The notes beneath the pieces are model-generated. The model saw only the letters and a program-made list of their open reading frames with translations. It had not been told where the DNA came from and did not search any database. From Tubulanus polymorphus (lineage: Eukaryota; Animalia; Nemertea), in the NCBI RefSeq assembly GCF_964204645.1, contig NC_134026.1, positions 10,067,950-10,131,949 of the forward strand: a DNA stretch of 64,000 bases, read 5' to 3'. Both the position numbers and the translations under genes were made by a program. Below, piece after piece: positions 1 through 12,800 of this stretch (its first letter is position 1; each line of letters begins with the position of its first letter).

Positions 1-467
1 GTTGGAGATCACAGGGGCCCGTTTCATTGAACGATTTTTCATTAGTCGCATGGACTCTCGTTTTAGAGTCATGATTAGTCATTATACCCAAGTGCGAGAG
101 AAGTGGTTTGATTTTCAGTCAGTAAATATCAACGAAAGCTACTAAGACCCACTACACGGTACATCAAATATCCTCGGCCACGGAATTCATAAGCAGCTTT
201 CTCAAATTTTCAATTTTTAGAAGAAAATATTAGCCCGTACTTTATTTTTCAATCTAAAAACTGCACACGTTCTTATGTTTTACAAAAATATTCTTTTTAA
301 ATCTGTACTAACATAAATATTACGGCCCTAGCACTTTAACGGAGTAATGCTGTGTCTGCTTTTCAGTTGGTTGTTCTCTGTGGAAATATCCCCGTCTTCT
401 ACGAAGACGGAGAATGTTGCGTTTTACGAGAAACGACGGCTGAACAACCACAAAAGAGTGGCAGTTT

Positions 468-752
468 AGAAGAAAATCCCTAGGATTCCTTTCAAATATT
501 TACGCCACGTAAACTTTTATTTCTAACGCCACGTGGAGCTTTTCGATATATACAAAATTGGTTGAGGTTGCGTCTCAATATTGGAAAATTTTGATATGGC
601 CACGCAAGAATGAAAAGTTAGTTCTAACGTGGCGTTAAAGCGAGAAAGAAAAAACGAAACATTTAAACGAAAAATTGGTTTTTAACTAAGGCGTTTAAAA
701 TAAAAATTAACGTGGTGTTAGTATTTGAAAGAAATCCTAGGAATTTTCTTCT
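468..752. mobile_element. MITE-like foldback element
   Basis: Long imperfect terminal inverted repeats (AGAAGAAAATCCCTAGGATTCCTTTCAAATA ... TATTTGAAAGAAATCCTAGGAATTTTCTTCT) with internal TTTAACG(C/T)(C/G)ACG-type motifs. Confidence 0.6.
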
Positions 753-1076
753 TTACGACTTGTTGCGTTTATATGTAAAAGAAAACTGGTAGAGATAATC
801 ACATTTTTTTTCTTATTTGGCCTGAATTAGGTACAATTAAGATCGAAGGAGTTCGTTTAAAATATTTAAAAAATAGTTAAACCAAAGTTGCATAGTATAA
901 CAAACGTTTATTTCATACGCATCATGTTCGTATATAGCATCGAGATACATGAATATAGATAATTGTACGAAAACCGCTATAATAATCATATGTTGAAATT
1001 TGCAAGAGAAAAAGGAAAATAAGCAACAAATGGAATCTCACACCGCCAAAACGTACCGATTTGCGGATATGGTTGC

Positions 1077-1104
<28 letters not shown>
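1077..1104. repeat. (TA)n microsatellite
   Basis: Pure TA run. Confidence 0.95.
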
Positions 1105-1107
<3 letters not shown>

Positions 1108-1370
1108 AAGTTTGATGAAATGATTAGCTTTAGTATAATGTAATTTCCATTACAAAATGAAATGTAAATATGTAATACAAATTGAAAATAATGTATACAT
1201 AATATTATCATTATTGTGTTACTTGAACGTAGGCAGGCTATGAGGAACAGTTAGAAGGAGAACACATTCCATAAAATATTTCATATGCTATCGTCATAAA
1301 AATGTATCTACATGTATTATCTATTTTCTATACGGAAATTATAGAATGTCTGCAAGCATTAGACTTTTTA

Positions 1371-3053
1371 TTAAGGAATGTATCCGAGGCTTTCGTTCAG
1401 TTTACTAAACGGGATCACGTGATCATCAGACGGCAAACTGTGCGGTCTAGGATTTAGTACAGCCGGTAGTGACGACGATCTGATGTGTACGCCAACGTCG
1501 CCGTAATCCGGGGCCATCTCTGGATTCTTCACGAGATCATACGCGGAGACAGGTGACCCGAAATCATAATCCTGCTGAATAGATCTAGCAAATGCTCGTT
1601 GGTTAGTGAACCTATCTCCGCTGACCGACGCACGTTTGGTTGAAGTACCAAATTCATTGTCTCTTAAGACAAATTCTTTTTGTACCGCGTTATCGATAGT
1701 CGTGTCCATAAATTGCTTCGATAGTCGCCTGTTATCTTCTTGACCGGACGCAGTCCTATTGTAGGAAAACCAATATTCTTCGAAGTTGTCGTAATCAGGA
1801 GGTGGTGTCTCGGGAGGAACTGATCCGGCGGGAGCGGACATCGGTCTTTGTCTAACAGGGGACGACGATTTGCTCCTCTTTCTGTGAGTCTTCGACGACC
1901 TTCTCGAATGACTTGGTGACGGCGACCGATGTCGATGACGTTCCAATGAACGTCGTCGATTTGAGGAGGTCTTCTTTTTCGATTTTCGGTACATCGATTC
2001 TCTTTCGCCTCCAAATGACCGAGTCTGAAACGTGCTCGGTTTGTTCCCGCGCTGCATTTGCCGCGTTTCTGTGTTCTTTTTGTATCGTCTCGCTTTCTTT
2101 GTCGTGCCTTGTTGAGATACGGAATCCACGTGCGAGTCGGCATATTCGTGCGGTTGTATTGGGCGGTAGTCGTTCCGGCGCTGTTGTTCCCGATGGACGA
2201 CCAATGCGGCAGGTGCCAGCACCACTCTAGCACCCGGTGGAAGAGTTCCAGATGGAGGAATATGGTCGAGAGGAATTGCGTTCTCGGGAAGATAGCTCGT
2301 TATTTCTGGGTATCTCGGCCTTAATGTCGGATAGTTTGGATCGCGGTTGGCCGAGAATCCTTTAGGTAGCCACAAACCAAAGCGTTTAGTGTATTTTTCA
2401 CCACCAGCGAGAAAATATCCGCCGATATCGGGAGGGACGCCTTCGTGATCCTTCATCCATTTTTGGAAATTGTTCTCCTCTGTGTTTATAAGTTTCGTGG
2501 TGTGAAGCCCCCCGGACGAGTCGGAATCACTTGATAGCACGGTTTCAGCGGTATCATCGATACTTTCATACGCTTGCGTGCAGCAATTCACCAAAGCCAT
2601 GGCCGCCTCGTCAGATTTCGTAATGAAACAGTGGCACTCGAGAACTTTGATACCGCGGATTCGCCGAGTTATCAGGCCGAACATCGGCGGGCTTTTCACA
2701 TTCGCATTGGGCGTCAAGGCATCCATGGCGACGAACCGATGAACTACCTCCGCAGAACTATCTCTAACGGCGTTTACGCATTTTACCGCGGCACCGACTC
2801 GGAGCGATGAAATCGGGAACCAAATAACCGTCTGCGGAGCACTTACGTATTGTAACTGTATTCCGTTTGAATAGACGATCAGCCGAGAATCGATTCCTTG
2901 CGTATCGTCAATAGAGATGTAACGTTCTCGGAATGGTTTTTGTACCGCTTCAACGCCTACCGACGACTCGGTCGGTAGAGCCGTCCCTATGTACAGTACA
3001 CGACACTTACACAGCGGCAGAGCTTCTCCGCTACCACCAGTTTTATCCTCCAT
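1371..3053 (-). CDS. PTB/PID-like domain protein with a long disordered Arg/Ser/Pro-rich C-terminus (560 aa, single coding exon)
   Basis: Uninterrupted 560-codon ORF in GC-richer sequence. The N-terminal ~165 aa have a PTB/PH-fold pattern (CRVLYIGTA...GVEAVQKP...WFPISSL...LECHCFITKSDEAAMALVNCCTQAY). A splice acceptor lies just upstream of the ATG. Confidence 0.8.
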   Translation of the reverse strand: MEDKTGGSGEALPLCKCRVLYIGTALPTESSVGVEAVQKPFRERYISIDDTQGIDSRLIVYSNGIQLQYVSAPQTVIWFPISSLRVGAAVKCVNAVRDSSAEVVHRFVAMDALTPNANVKSPPMFGLITRRIRGIKVLECHCFITKSDEAAMALVNCCTQAYESIDDTAETVLSSDSDSSGGLHTTKLINTEENNFQKWMKDHEGVPPDIGGYFLAGGEKYTKRFGLWLPKGFSANRDPNYPTLRPRYPEITSYLPENAIPLDHIPPSGTLPPGARVVLAPAALVVHREQQRRNDYRPIQPHEYADSHVDSVSQQGTTKKARRYKKNTETRQMQRGNKPSTFQTRSFGGERESMYRKSKKKTSSNRRRSLERHRHRSPSPSHSRRSSKTHRKRSKSSSPVRQRPMSAPAGSVPPETPPPDYDNFEEYWFSYNRTASGQEDNRRLSKQFMDTTIDNAVQKEFVLRDNEFGTSTKRASVSGDRFTNQRAFARSIQQDYDFGSPVSAYDLVKNPEMAPDYGDVGVHIRSSSLPAVLNPRPHSLPSDDHVIPFSKLNESLGYIP

Positions 3054-3246
3054 GCTGTGGATACTGTCGAAAAAAGTGTCAGCTCTCGATACGAACAGTT
3101 CTATTCACTATTCTCATCACAAAAATATCTTACGGCGAGATTTAAAACGAGTCACGCCTTATTCACAACGATGATCCTTTGTGCAAAATATAGTTACGAT
3201 CAAGCCAAGAACCGGTCTTCAGAGTATTTGCTCTAGAATATGAATA

Positions 3247-3377
<131 letters not shown>

Positions 3378-3953
3378 CCACAAATACCGACAGGCCTATA
3401 AATGTATTCTAAAATATATACGTATAAGACGGATCAGTAACGAGGTTATTTTCATACCTACGTGGATTGACAACGATTTTGTAATCGCTGTTCCGCCACG
3501 CGTGACAGAGGAAAAATATATGCATTCCTGGCTGTCGACCTGACGACGGTAAAAACGTAATATTTACATTAGTTGATCAATCATTCAGAAGCTTACCGTA
3601 TAGTCCATTCACCATCATATATTGACTCGCATATGGCAAATAGCAGTTGAATCATCAAACATTTTTTCTCAGTTTCTGCTGCGTACAGAATCCTAGAATA
3701 CCGTACACGAGAAAACGCAATTTCCCCCGTTTTGAAATGTAGATTACGAGAAATTGAGGCCACAAAAAGAACTTCTCTTTTTATCTTGAAAATTCAAATT
3801 TCATACTCAAAATATTTTGATTCCAATATCTTGCGATCTGTCTATTCGCGAACTTTTTCTTTTAACTCGAAATTACGCACTCCAAAATTCCGACAAGATT
3901 TTTACATTTTCAAACACGAGATACAGTATATATGTGCAGCAGTCAGGGTGTAG

Positions 3954-4281
3954 TATGATGGCTGATTCGGGCCACATTAAAAAATAAAAATATAATGACA
4001 CTCGATCCCCAACAATTTTTACATTTTACACTTTTCCGTTCGCCAGGTTAAAACCAGTTTTTCGTTTGAACATAATCGTTTTAACGCCAAGTTAAAACCA
4101 ACTTTTCTAAAACGAAAGAGACCACGTTTAAACGAAAGACTGACGCTTTAACGCGGCGTTAAAGCGAAAGATTGGGTTTAACGTGGCTTTAAAACGAAAC
4201 AGTAAAATGTAAAAAAAAAACAATTGGCGGAGATCGAGTGGCATATTTCTTACTTCTAGGTGGACCGAATCGGCCATCATA
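3954..4281. mobile_element. MITE-like element
   Basis: TIRs TATGATGGCTGATTCGGGCCAC / GTGGACCGAATCGGCCATCATA. Internal TTTAACGC..GTTAAA motifs resemble those of the 468-752 element. Confidence 0.6.
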
Positions 4282-6818
4282 GCATTTTGGTTTTCGTAGC
4301 TAGTCGACTAGTGGGAACTAATAACCGAAAGCACTTGTTCGGCCGTAACTCATTTCACAGTGTTGACCATCCTGGAACTAGGTCCGAATTACAGGGACCG
4401 CGCTCTATCCCGTGGTCTAGACTGTAGTTCCGACTAACTGACATTCGATTTCACTTGGTTTGACTATAGTCGACTTTCTCCGATAATCTAAGTTCGCTCA
4501 TGTATCCCTAACTGGAGAACATACAGTGACCGGAGTCCAGTTATTCTAAAAATTTTTAGATGTCTGGTAACGTCTTGAGACTACAGAATTTCGACTTCCA
4601 AGTTAAAAAGTCTATAGACACTGGTGGAACTTTCTAGTTTTAAAAATTAACATTTTGTGGTAAATAGTTTAACCCAACCGTAAAAATTGTACGTATTTGT
4701 CAAATACATATCAAAATTCCACGACCCCATTATCATTATCAGGCATGCGAGTTCCGCGCAATGGATGTACACGTAGACCATATCATCACCCTTGCAATGA
4801 TCTCGCCAAGCACGAGAAAGTCTTTTCTAATCACGATTTCTTTCTATACGAAACTTATGTACATGCTGATGAGAAACTTCCATAGGTAGATTTTTGGCTG
4901 ACCAACCGATAAAACAGTAATAGTGGGTTACTGGCGGAAACATATGCCTACATAAAAAAAACCGCCAAAATGTAGGTTCGAATCCCAGGGTTAAAACTTC
5001 ATTAGCGCAAACTGGCATTGGACGGAAAATCAGACCATTTTATGAGAATAGCTTTAGTTACCAGTTTCTTTTTTATTAATCAAACATAACAAAACATGCT
5101 TTTGAAAATGCAATTAACAATCATTTTGAATTAGGATGATAAATACGCGTAATACGTGTTTTGACGAACAGTTTCCACACATGATAATCAGCGGTTGAGC
5201 TAGGTCGTGTAAAATGCATAGTATACAATTCAATGAAGTAGAAATACATAAGATATTTAAATCTACATATCAAAACTTCTAAAACCAGTAAATGTCCAGC
5301 TAAACTACAACATATACCACACAGGCCAATTTTAATGTCACACCTTTTGTACCTATTCAGTCTCGAGCAATCATCTCGATGTTGAGATAATTGCTTGTAG
5401 GTCTCACATTGTATAATCCTGTCAGTAGAAGGCGATCGTTTTACTTCTAAAAATATCGCTTTCAACTTTTTTCAAGCCCTGCACACACAGTTGTGATCCA
5501 CGAATCATCCATGAAGAATGTAGCGGAATCCAGAGCCGATTTTATTGTACCACCTGAGATCAAATTTGCTCGCTATTGCGTACGAGGGCGGTTCATTGTA
5601 ATAACTTAAATCCTAAACAAAAAACGAAAATACTCCAGCGCCAATCATGGCATGGGATGAAGTAAGCTTTTTCAAATGATACAAATAACCTCTTAGCTAT
5701 TTCCAACTTAAATATATTAATGGGTAGTAAAATAAAGTGCCATCAGTGGCTTGCTACTTCATGGCTACTGGAAGATTGTTTACCGAACCGGGAAAGAAAG
5801 AATACTCTGATTTCAACCAAAAATTCTGACTATACGATCTTCCAAAGCCTCCTGTTTCATTCTGGGAGGCGCGGGGCGGGATTTGTAAGGGGCAAGTAAA
5901 CAAGTATGATTTGTGTGGCGTTGCAGTCAGATAATCATTAAGCAGAGCCCTACATAGCAGGGGCAATTTTGGGAAAGAGCCCTTTTTGAAAATATTAACA
6001 AAATAAAATCCCATTATAGATTCAACCAAAAACGAAAAGTTCCACAGTAAAATGGTATATATTTCGGCCATTGATAAATACTATTAGCCATCATCCGGCG
6101 TATCACTCTAGTTTCCGTCTTTGTTTTTAAATTACTTCAACTTGTATTATATTACCCCTTCTGTTGTTTTTCGGTTTTTTGTAATATTCATCTCAATGTA
6201 ATATTTCATTCGGTTCTCAGTCTGATTATGGCTATAGTATTCAGCGGAAACGTTGCTCGTTGAAATATATACCACTTTACTATAGAACTTCTTTTTTTTG
6301 GTTGAGTTATTGTGGGATTTCTCTCGTTATTCATCTTAACACGGATATGGTGTACCTTCTCGACTCATCTTGAAAATACTGTTGTCATATCCAATAGAAC
6401 GGCCCTTTTTGGGGTTTCTTTGCCCCTCCCCAAACAAAAAAATGTTATTGTTAGGAAGGGCCCTGCTTAGGCGTGTGGGATCGATAAAGAATTTATCGCT
6501 GCATTACCGATATAACAATATGATGCAGGTTTCATTTAAATCACAAAAGGGTGCATTGTCATGGCCTCTATCTTAAATTTAGCTTATTTGATACCAATAT
6601 AAATAGTCTGGTTTCGGAGAAATCCGGATAAAACATCATATACGTGTATTTCACATACCTCTTTTCACATGGAACTAGGACCTAGTTCCACAGTTGGCAG
6701 TTAAGTTTCACTCAAGAATAGGACTAAATCAGTTGATTCTCAGTTTTCACCGAGGAGTCAAATTGTAACTTCTAGCCGTGGAACTGAATCTAGATTTCGA
6801 TTAAAATTTGATTCGTTA

Positions 6819-9800
6819 TTACCAATCGTCGTTGTTGATATCATCTCTCTGAACATTATACATATAGAGACAGAATATGATAGTTATTTGCAGCAAACGA
6901 CCAGGAATCACGCCGACTGGCAGAAGTTTCATATACCACGCGATTAACGACGTCGTTTCACTGCGCGGTAACGTCGTACGATGAATGTGATTCGTTACGA
7001 GTTGCGTGTAAACGAATATAGCGACTAATCGTAGAATTAATGGTGACTTCCACGCTGAATATTCACTGACATTGTTATCGTTGTCATTATTGTGCAAGTA
7101 AACGTTTTCGGATTCATCCACCTGAAATGATAACCGATGAACCGTTTCCCCATAATCAATGTAATCAGTCGGGACTTTTTTTGGACCGTGAACATAATGA
7201 AAAATTCATTTCTTTTATGGTTATTTTCTAAAATATGAAGACTCCTTGCACATGTAACTAGATTGCATCTTCGGACTGACAAATGGACGGATGGATGAAG
7301 GTTTGGACAGCAGACAAGAAATGAACCCAATTAGTCTGCAGGATTATAATCCTAAAAATTACCCATGATTCATGACAGCTCTTACCTCATAGTCGCTTTT
7401 ATTGTCAGGGAACCATTTCGATAATTGACTTGATACGAAAGTCATCACTGTAGCTAAACGTACAACCGATAACAAAACAAAATACGGTGACACGATTTTC
7501 TTCAAGAATTCAAGTCCTGTGTTAAATGACCCTGAAATAAACACAATAATGAACCGTCAACAAATCGGTGTGTTATCGATGTGTTATTCAAATATTTAAA
7601 GCTTTCAAAAAGTTCTGTAATTCTGACTGCCGATCACATAACTATATCTGTACTTCGATTTCTGATTTCAAAATCAAACCCCCAGTTTCATTCCCGGCAG
7701 GTGTGGTGGGTTTGTAAGGGACACCAAATAAAAAAATTTCAAATTCAAATTCAAAATCCATTCTAACAATTAAATAGATAACAGGGTCAATCCCTATTTT
7801 AAGATCAGAAACCATGCCAGAGCAAGTTAATTCGCTTTGTTAATCTATAAGGTCATCAGGTAGGCAGGCAAGTGATTCAAAAGAATTTTTTTCTAAAAAC
7901 AAATTTGTGGATATTTTGCACCACGCAGGCAGGATTTAAACAATTTTGTGGAGGATTTCACTGATACTGAAAGCAAATAAAGAAAGCAAAATGTGATCAT
8001 ACAAGAAAGTGTCAGTGTCTAATATTTAACTTGATGAAGAAGCAGACTGATGAACAGCCAAAAGACCGGGGGATTCGACAGCACAACATTGGAGGATTGT
8101 TAGAACATTATTGGTTGAGCTTCCCAAAACATTGGTGGACGATTCCCATTACAGAACACCCTGCAAATTTCAGTGCAAAATCTGTCATTGCAGATGTCGT
8201 GCTATAAATTTGCTTTTGAGAATGAAATAACGAATTCTTCCTGAGAATTTAGCATCTGCTATTCATGCTTGTACTTATAATGGCAACAAACTTGTGAAAT
8301 GTATTTATTAGATTTTGAGATGTCAGTGAACCCGATAGAAAAAAAATCAAAAAGTCAAATAACAACCACAGCGAGCGCACTGTCAGTGGCAACCACTTCT
8401 GTCGTATGTATGTACGTGGCTACTCGATGCATTAGTGTGCGGCGCGGCTGTCTCAAAACGCAACAAAAAATAAATAGGGGCTATATATATTTACTTATGT
8501 TTGAAAAAACCATTAATTGGCGGATAATTGCGGGAATATACTATGGAAAAAGCACTTATGCAACTAAGATACCGTGGTGGATGATCGTAAGCGAATTTGG
8601 CAAATAATTGAACACAAATTACATTAGGAAAATCCGTACACAGGCATTTTACTGCGGATAGCCAGAATGGCGGTTAATTGGAGGGCGGATAATCGAGGGT
8701 AGACTGTAAAGGGGCATCTCAAGATTTCAATAGTTGCGTCAATAAGAATAACTGTCTAATTCGATTAAACCCTCCACCCCACCCCCCTTTGATCAGACAC
8801 ATGCCAATTTTGGAACTATTGATTTTCTAATGAGAGGCACAGACTAAGATTAGACATTCTCACGAGTGTATATTGATCATTACTTTTAATTGAAAAAAAA
8901 ATTAGCTAAAGTACAAGTGGAAAACCTATCAAACTCTAGTAGACTTTATAAACAAAATCAAATATATCTAAAATACCAACAGCATCTAAAAGAGAGATGG
9001 TTAAATCTACTGCTAGTAATATATATATTTGAAACTGCAATTCGATTCAATGTTATCTTTATTGAACTGCAATAAATCGATAGTTCCGCAGTCGTGATGA
9101 ATCCGCAGGAGGGCCTCCAGCCCAATCCACTTCCACGGTTATTCTAATTGAAATAACCAATGAAATTTTGAGATGCTCCCTGAAGTAGACTGGGAGATCC
9201 ATATTCGATGTCAGATGTGTCCTAGGATAATGCTTGGAATTTTTTTCTACGAGTTCTATCAAAGCTCAATGGTCTTCTGAATAATGGATGATTATGTAAT
9301 ATCACTATATTCAACCACGAGATAACTCATAAGCCGCGATCACACAAGCATTTTTGGCAAATTTGGCCCGGAACAACTGTTCACACAGGTGCCAAATGGG
9401 CCCGAACCAGTTTGGCCCGACCAAAAACGTCGGACAAGACCCAAGCCTAATTTTAGCACCAGACAAATGATTGTGTTTGAATTGCAACTGGCACGGGAAA
9501 TGATCCACTTCGCTTTGTTTGAGCATTGTTGAGTATCGAGTGAACGGTTTGCGTGTGAACACGCTCTCTAATTAGGCATGGGCCAAATTTGGCCCGAGCT
9601 TGATCGGCACCAATTTGGGCCTGGCCAAATTTTTTCCGTGTGATCGTGGCTATCGGAGCACCTGGATAGATAGTTAGTTATCTAATCGTTAGTTGTAAGC
9701 TTTTATTATCGGATGGGCTTTTTGTATGAAACTAAACCAGACAGGTTACTGACTACTGGATAGACTGATCATGACAGCAGCAAATGTGTAACTGTTGAAA

Positions 9801-12800
9801 TATAAAAGCATTCAAGATATATCATCATCCCCTGAATGGGATTCAAAACTGATGGCCTGCGTACTGGGCTATCAGACATGGAATTGTGCCGTAGCAATGT
9901 CTCGTCAATGCAATCATGTTTGGATCCTAACCGAGGGAGGATGTAAAGAAATATACCTGCAGCAGATGTCATCATGGTAAGGAAAAGTTGAACGAAAGAT
10001 TGGTTCGAAGCGCTAAAAAAGGATAATTTTGTTGAATTAATATCAATGAATAAGAATAGTGGTAGTACAGTATTGAATGTCTACCACCCTGTGGAGGAAA
10101 GCAAAATTCACAAATCAAGATTAAAGATGAATAATGACTGGATAAAAATTGGGGTAAATCTGATATGGTTTGATAAACACATCAGACTCTATTCTACTCT
10201 TCCATTTGATAAATATTGGATAATGCAACATAAGTAACAAAATTACACACTTATGACTAATTACATTTCAAAACAATCTGACTTATTCTTAATTATCCAC
10301 TATCTTTTCTTACATCGAGCTCATTTTTACCTGTCTATTGGTTGAACTGATGGCATCTTTAGGCTGCTAGACATCTCACTGGACATGGCATATAGTAAGA
10401 AAAAACAGTAGAAACTCAAACCAGCAGCATCTGATATGGTGCCTTAAAAGAAACAAACTTACGTCTAACTCCCTTTAAAAATTGAAAAACATTAGTTATG
10501 CCCTTGATGATTTCATGAGCACATTCAAATTGAGCATATTCTTATACATATATGTTATTATTTGCAAATGAAAATACTAGTTTACCAGGTTCTGACATCC
10601 ACATATAAAGATGCATCACGATTGTTGCAACAATAAGAATGATCGTAAATCTGAAAATGAAAAGAAAACTCAAAGTATTTTTCAGACCATAACACAAAAA
10701 ATACTGCCACAGATAGAAACAACTTAGCACCTTTACCCTTAAACTCTATACCAAACAAGAAATGATTCTCTCAGATAAATTCTATGCAAGGAGGTTATTC
10801 TGAACCTGGTCAACAGTTCACGGTTGACTTACAAGCAAAAACATTGGAAAAAAAATTATCTAATTCTAATGAGTCAAACGTAACAAAGAGTGTTACTGAC
10901 TGCAGTATATAGGAAGCATCTTCCACCATACATCATCCCCTGGCGGGGATTTGAACCTAATAACTCATGGTCACCAGAACATGGAAATGCAAATCGAATT
11001 TAGACTAGTGGCCGTCCATAAAAGACATCCACCCTGTAGGGGGAGGGGTTTTTAGATTTTTTTTTACTTTTGTGGACAAGGGGGAAGGGGAGGGGGGTTC
11101 CCTCTGATATAGATGTCCATCTTGAAAGGGGGAGGGGGATCACTAGTTTAGGGACATCTTTCGTGGATAAAAGTATCACTCAATCCTCCAATGACTAGTT
11201 ACCAGAACTTTACAAGTTAAAATTATAATACCAGGTTGAGGGAATGAATGCAAATACGTTAATAAAAGTTATGTTTTTTTATGCTGCATCAAAATTTATC
11301 AAGAGTGAAACTTAAGGTCTACTGTCCGTTGGACAAGGGGGGTCAAGCTGATATGGATTTAATGTGGACATAGAGGAAGGGTCAGATTTTCCATATTTTG
11401 TGTGGATGTCTTTTATGTCGAAAACTATGGAAAAGCCTAGTTTTAATCTTAACCCGCGGTTTTGTTCAATTTGTATTTTTGGGGAGGGGAGCTATAAAAT
11501 ACGGTCCAAATTGACAAGTTACTCGGGCATTTGCTCGGTCGATCATTAAATCAGAAAGTTGTTTACTCGGCCTAGTGATTGTTCGAATTGGTTAGGGAAA
11601 GAGTCAGTGAAAGTCCATTCTGAAAATTGTTCAATGAATGAAACCATGCATGATGGAATAATTAAGCTAATTAAATGTAATTCTACCTGCATTTATTTGT
11701 TCACATGTGTTTTTTATTCTTTCATGTATCCCAAACAAATCAATATGACAGTGCTTAATATCATTTTAGTTTATTATCGACCGACTACAGGATCGTGTGA
11801 CTGTAGCTTCATTTTGATGACAGCGAAGAGTTGCTGATTAATTTAGACAATGCATATTTTGTAGATTATCAGCTATTGTTTAGATATTTACATCTGATGG
11901 TTGAGCAACCCATTGTCAACATTTCAAAGGTATGCTATCGAACTGTACATAAAAATGGAACGAAAAAAAGTGAAATCTTAATCAAGATTTTCGTGAAGAT
12001 TTTAAACGAAGAAATATTATTATCATCAGAGTCATCACTAATTTCTGGAACTAAACATCTAGACCATGTATTTGTCCCATTGACTAAAGCTAGAAAGCTT
12101 TTTTGGCAGTATGCGGGTGGTCAGGTAGCTGGATCAGCTGAGAAGGTACCTAAGGTACCAGTTCCGTTAACACAGGCACAAAAACGGACCTGAATAACTG
12201 TCTACAGAAGGAACATCTTCGTAGCTTATCCACCTTAATTTATGAAAATAAATCGTTGACTGCAAAGGAAAACAAGAGAGAATTGTTCAGAGCGCTTTCT
12301 TGTAATGGGCCTGTTTGTGCCCTTGTTCAGTCAAATAATGTAGAATTGGCTTTACAATTACTACAGTCCTGCTTGAGGCAGGTTGACTTTTTTCAAGTCG
12401 AGTGAGATTGCGAAATTGGATCAGTCACTCAGCTGAGTAAACAACTTTTTAAAATGATGCTCGGCCGAGTGGACCGGCGAATTCTATCGTTAGCTTGGCC
12501 GAGTAAAGGAATTACTATACTGTTAGCTTGGCTGAGTGGACCAGCGAATTTAACCACTCACTCCGCCGAGCAAATAACTTTTTCAATTATGCTCGGCCGA
12601 GCAAATGCCCGAGTAACTTGTCAATTTAGTACCTATTATATACCTGGGGAGGGGGGTTGTTCAGTGAAACCCGAAAAAGGGTAGTTCTATAGGATAAAAC
12701 AATATTTGCAAAAAGGGCACTTTTCCAAAACTTTTTCTAACGTAGCATATAAATATGAAGGCTGCATCATGTAGGTCTGTATTTTAGTATCAAATTTGAC

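Noticed and set aside
1664-2810. Several ORFs overlapping the 560-aa gene
   Set aside because: Alternate-frame or antisense shadows of a GC-richer CDS, with no motifs.
9059-9262. Candidate exon of the membrane-protein gene
   Set aside because: It overlaps the TIR of the 8711-9181 MITE and runs into a stop. The 9791-9754 exon fits the phases.
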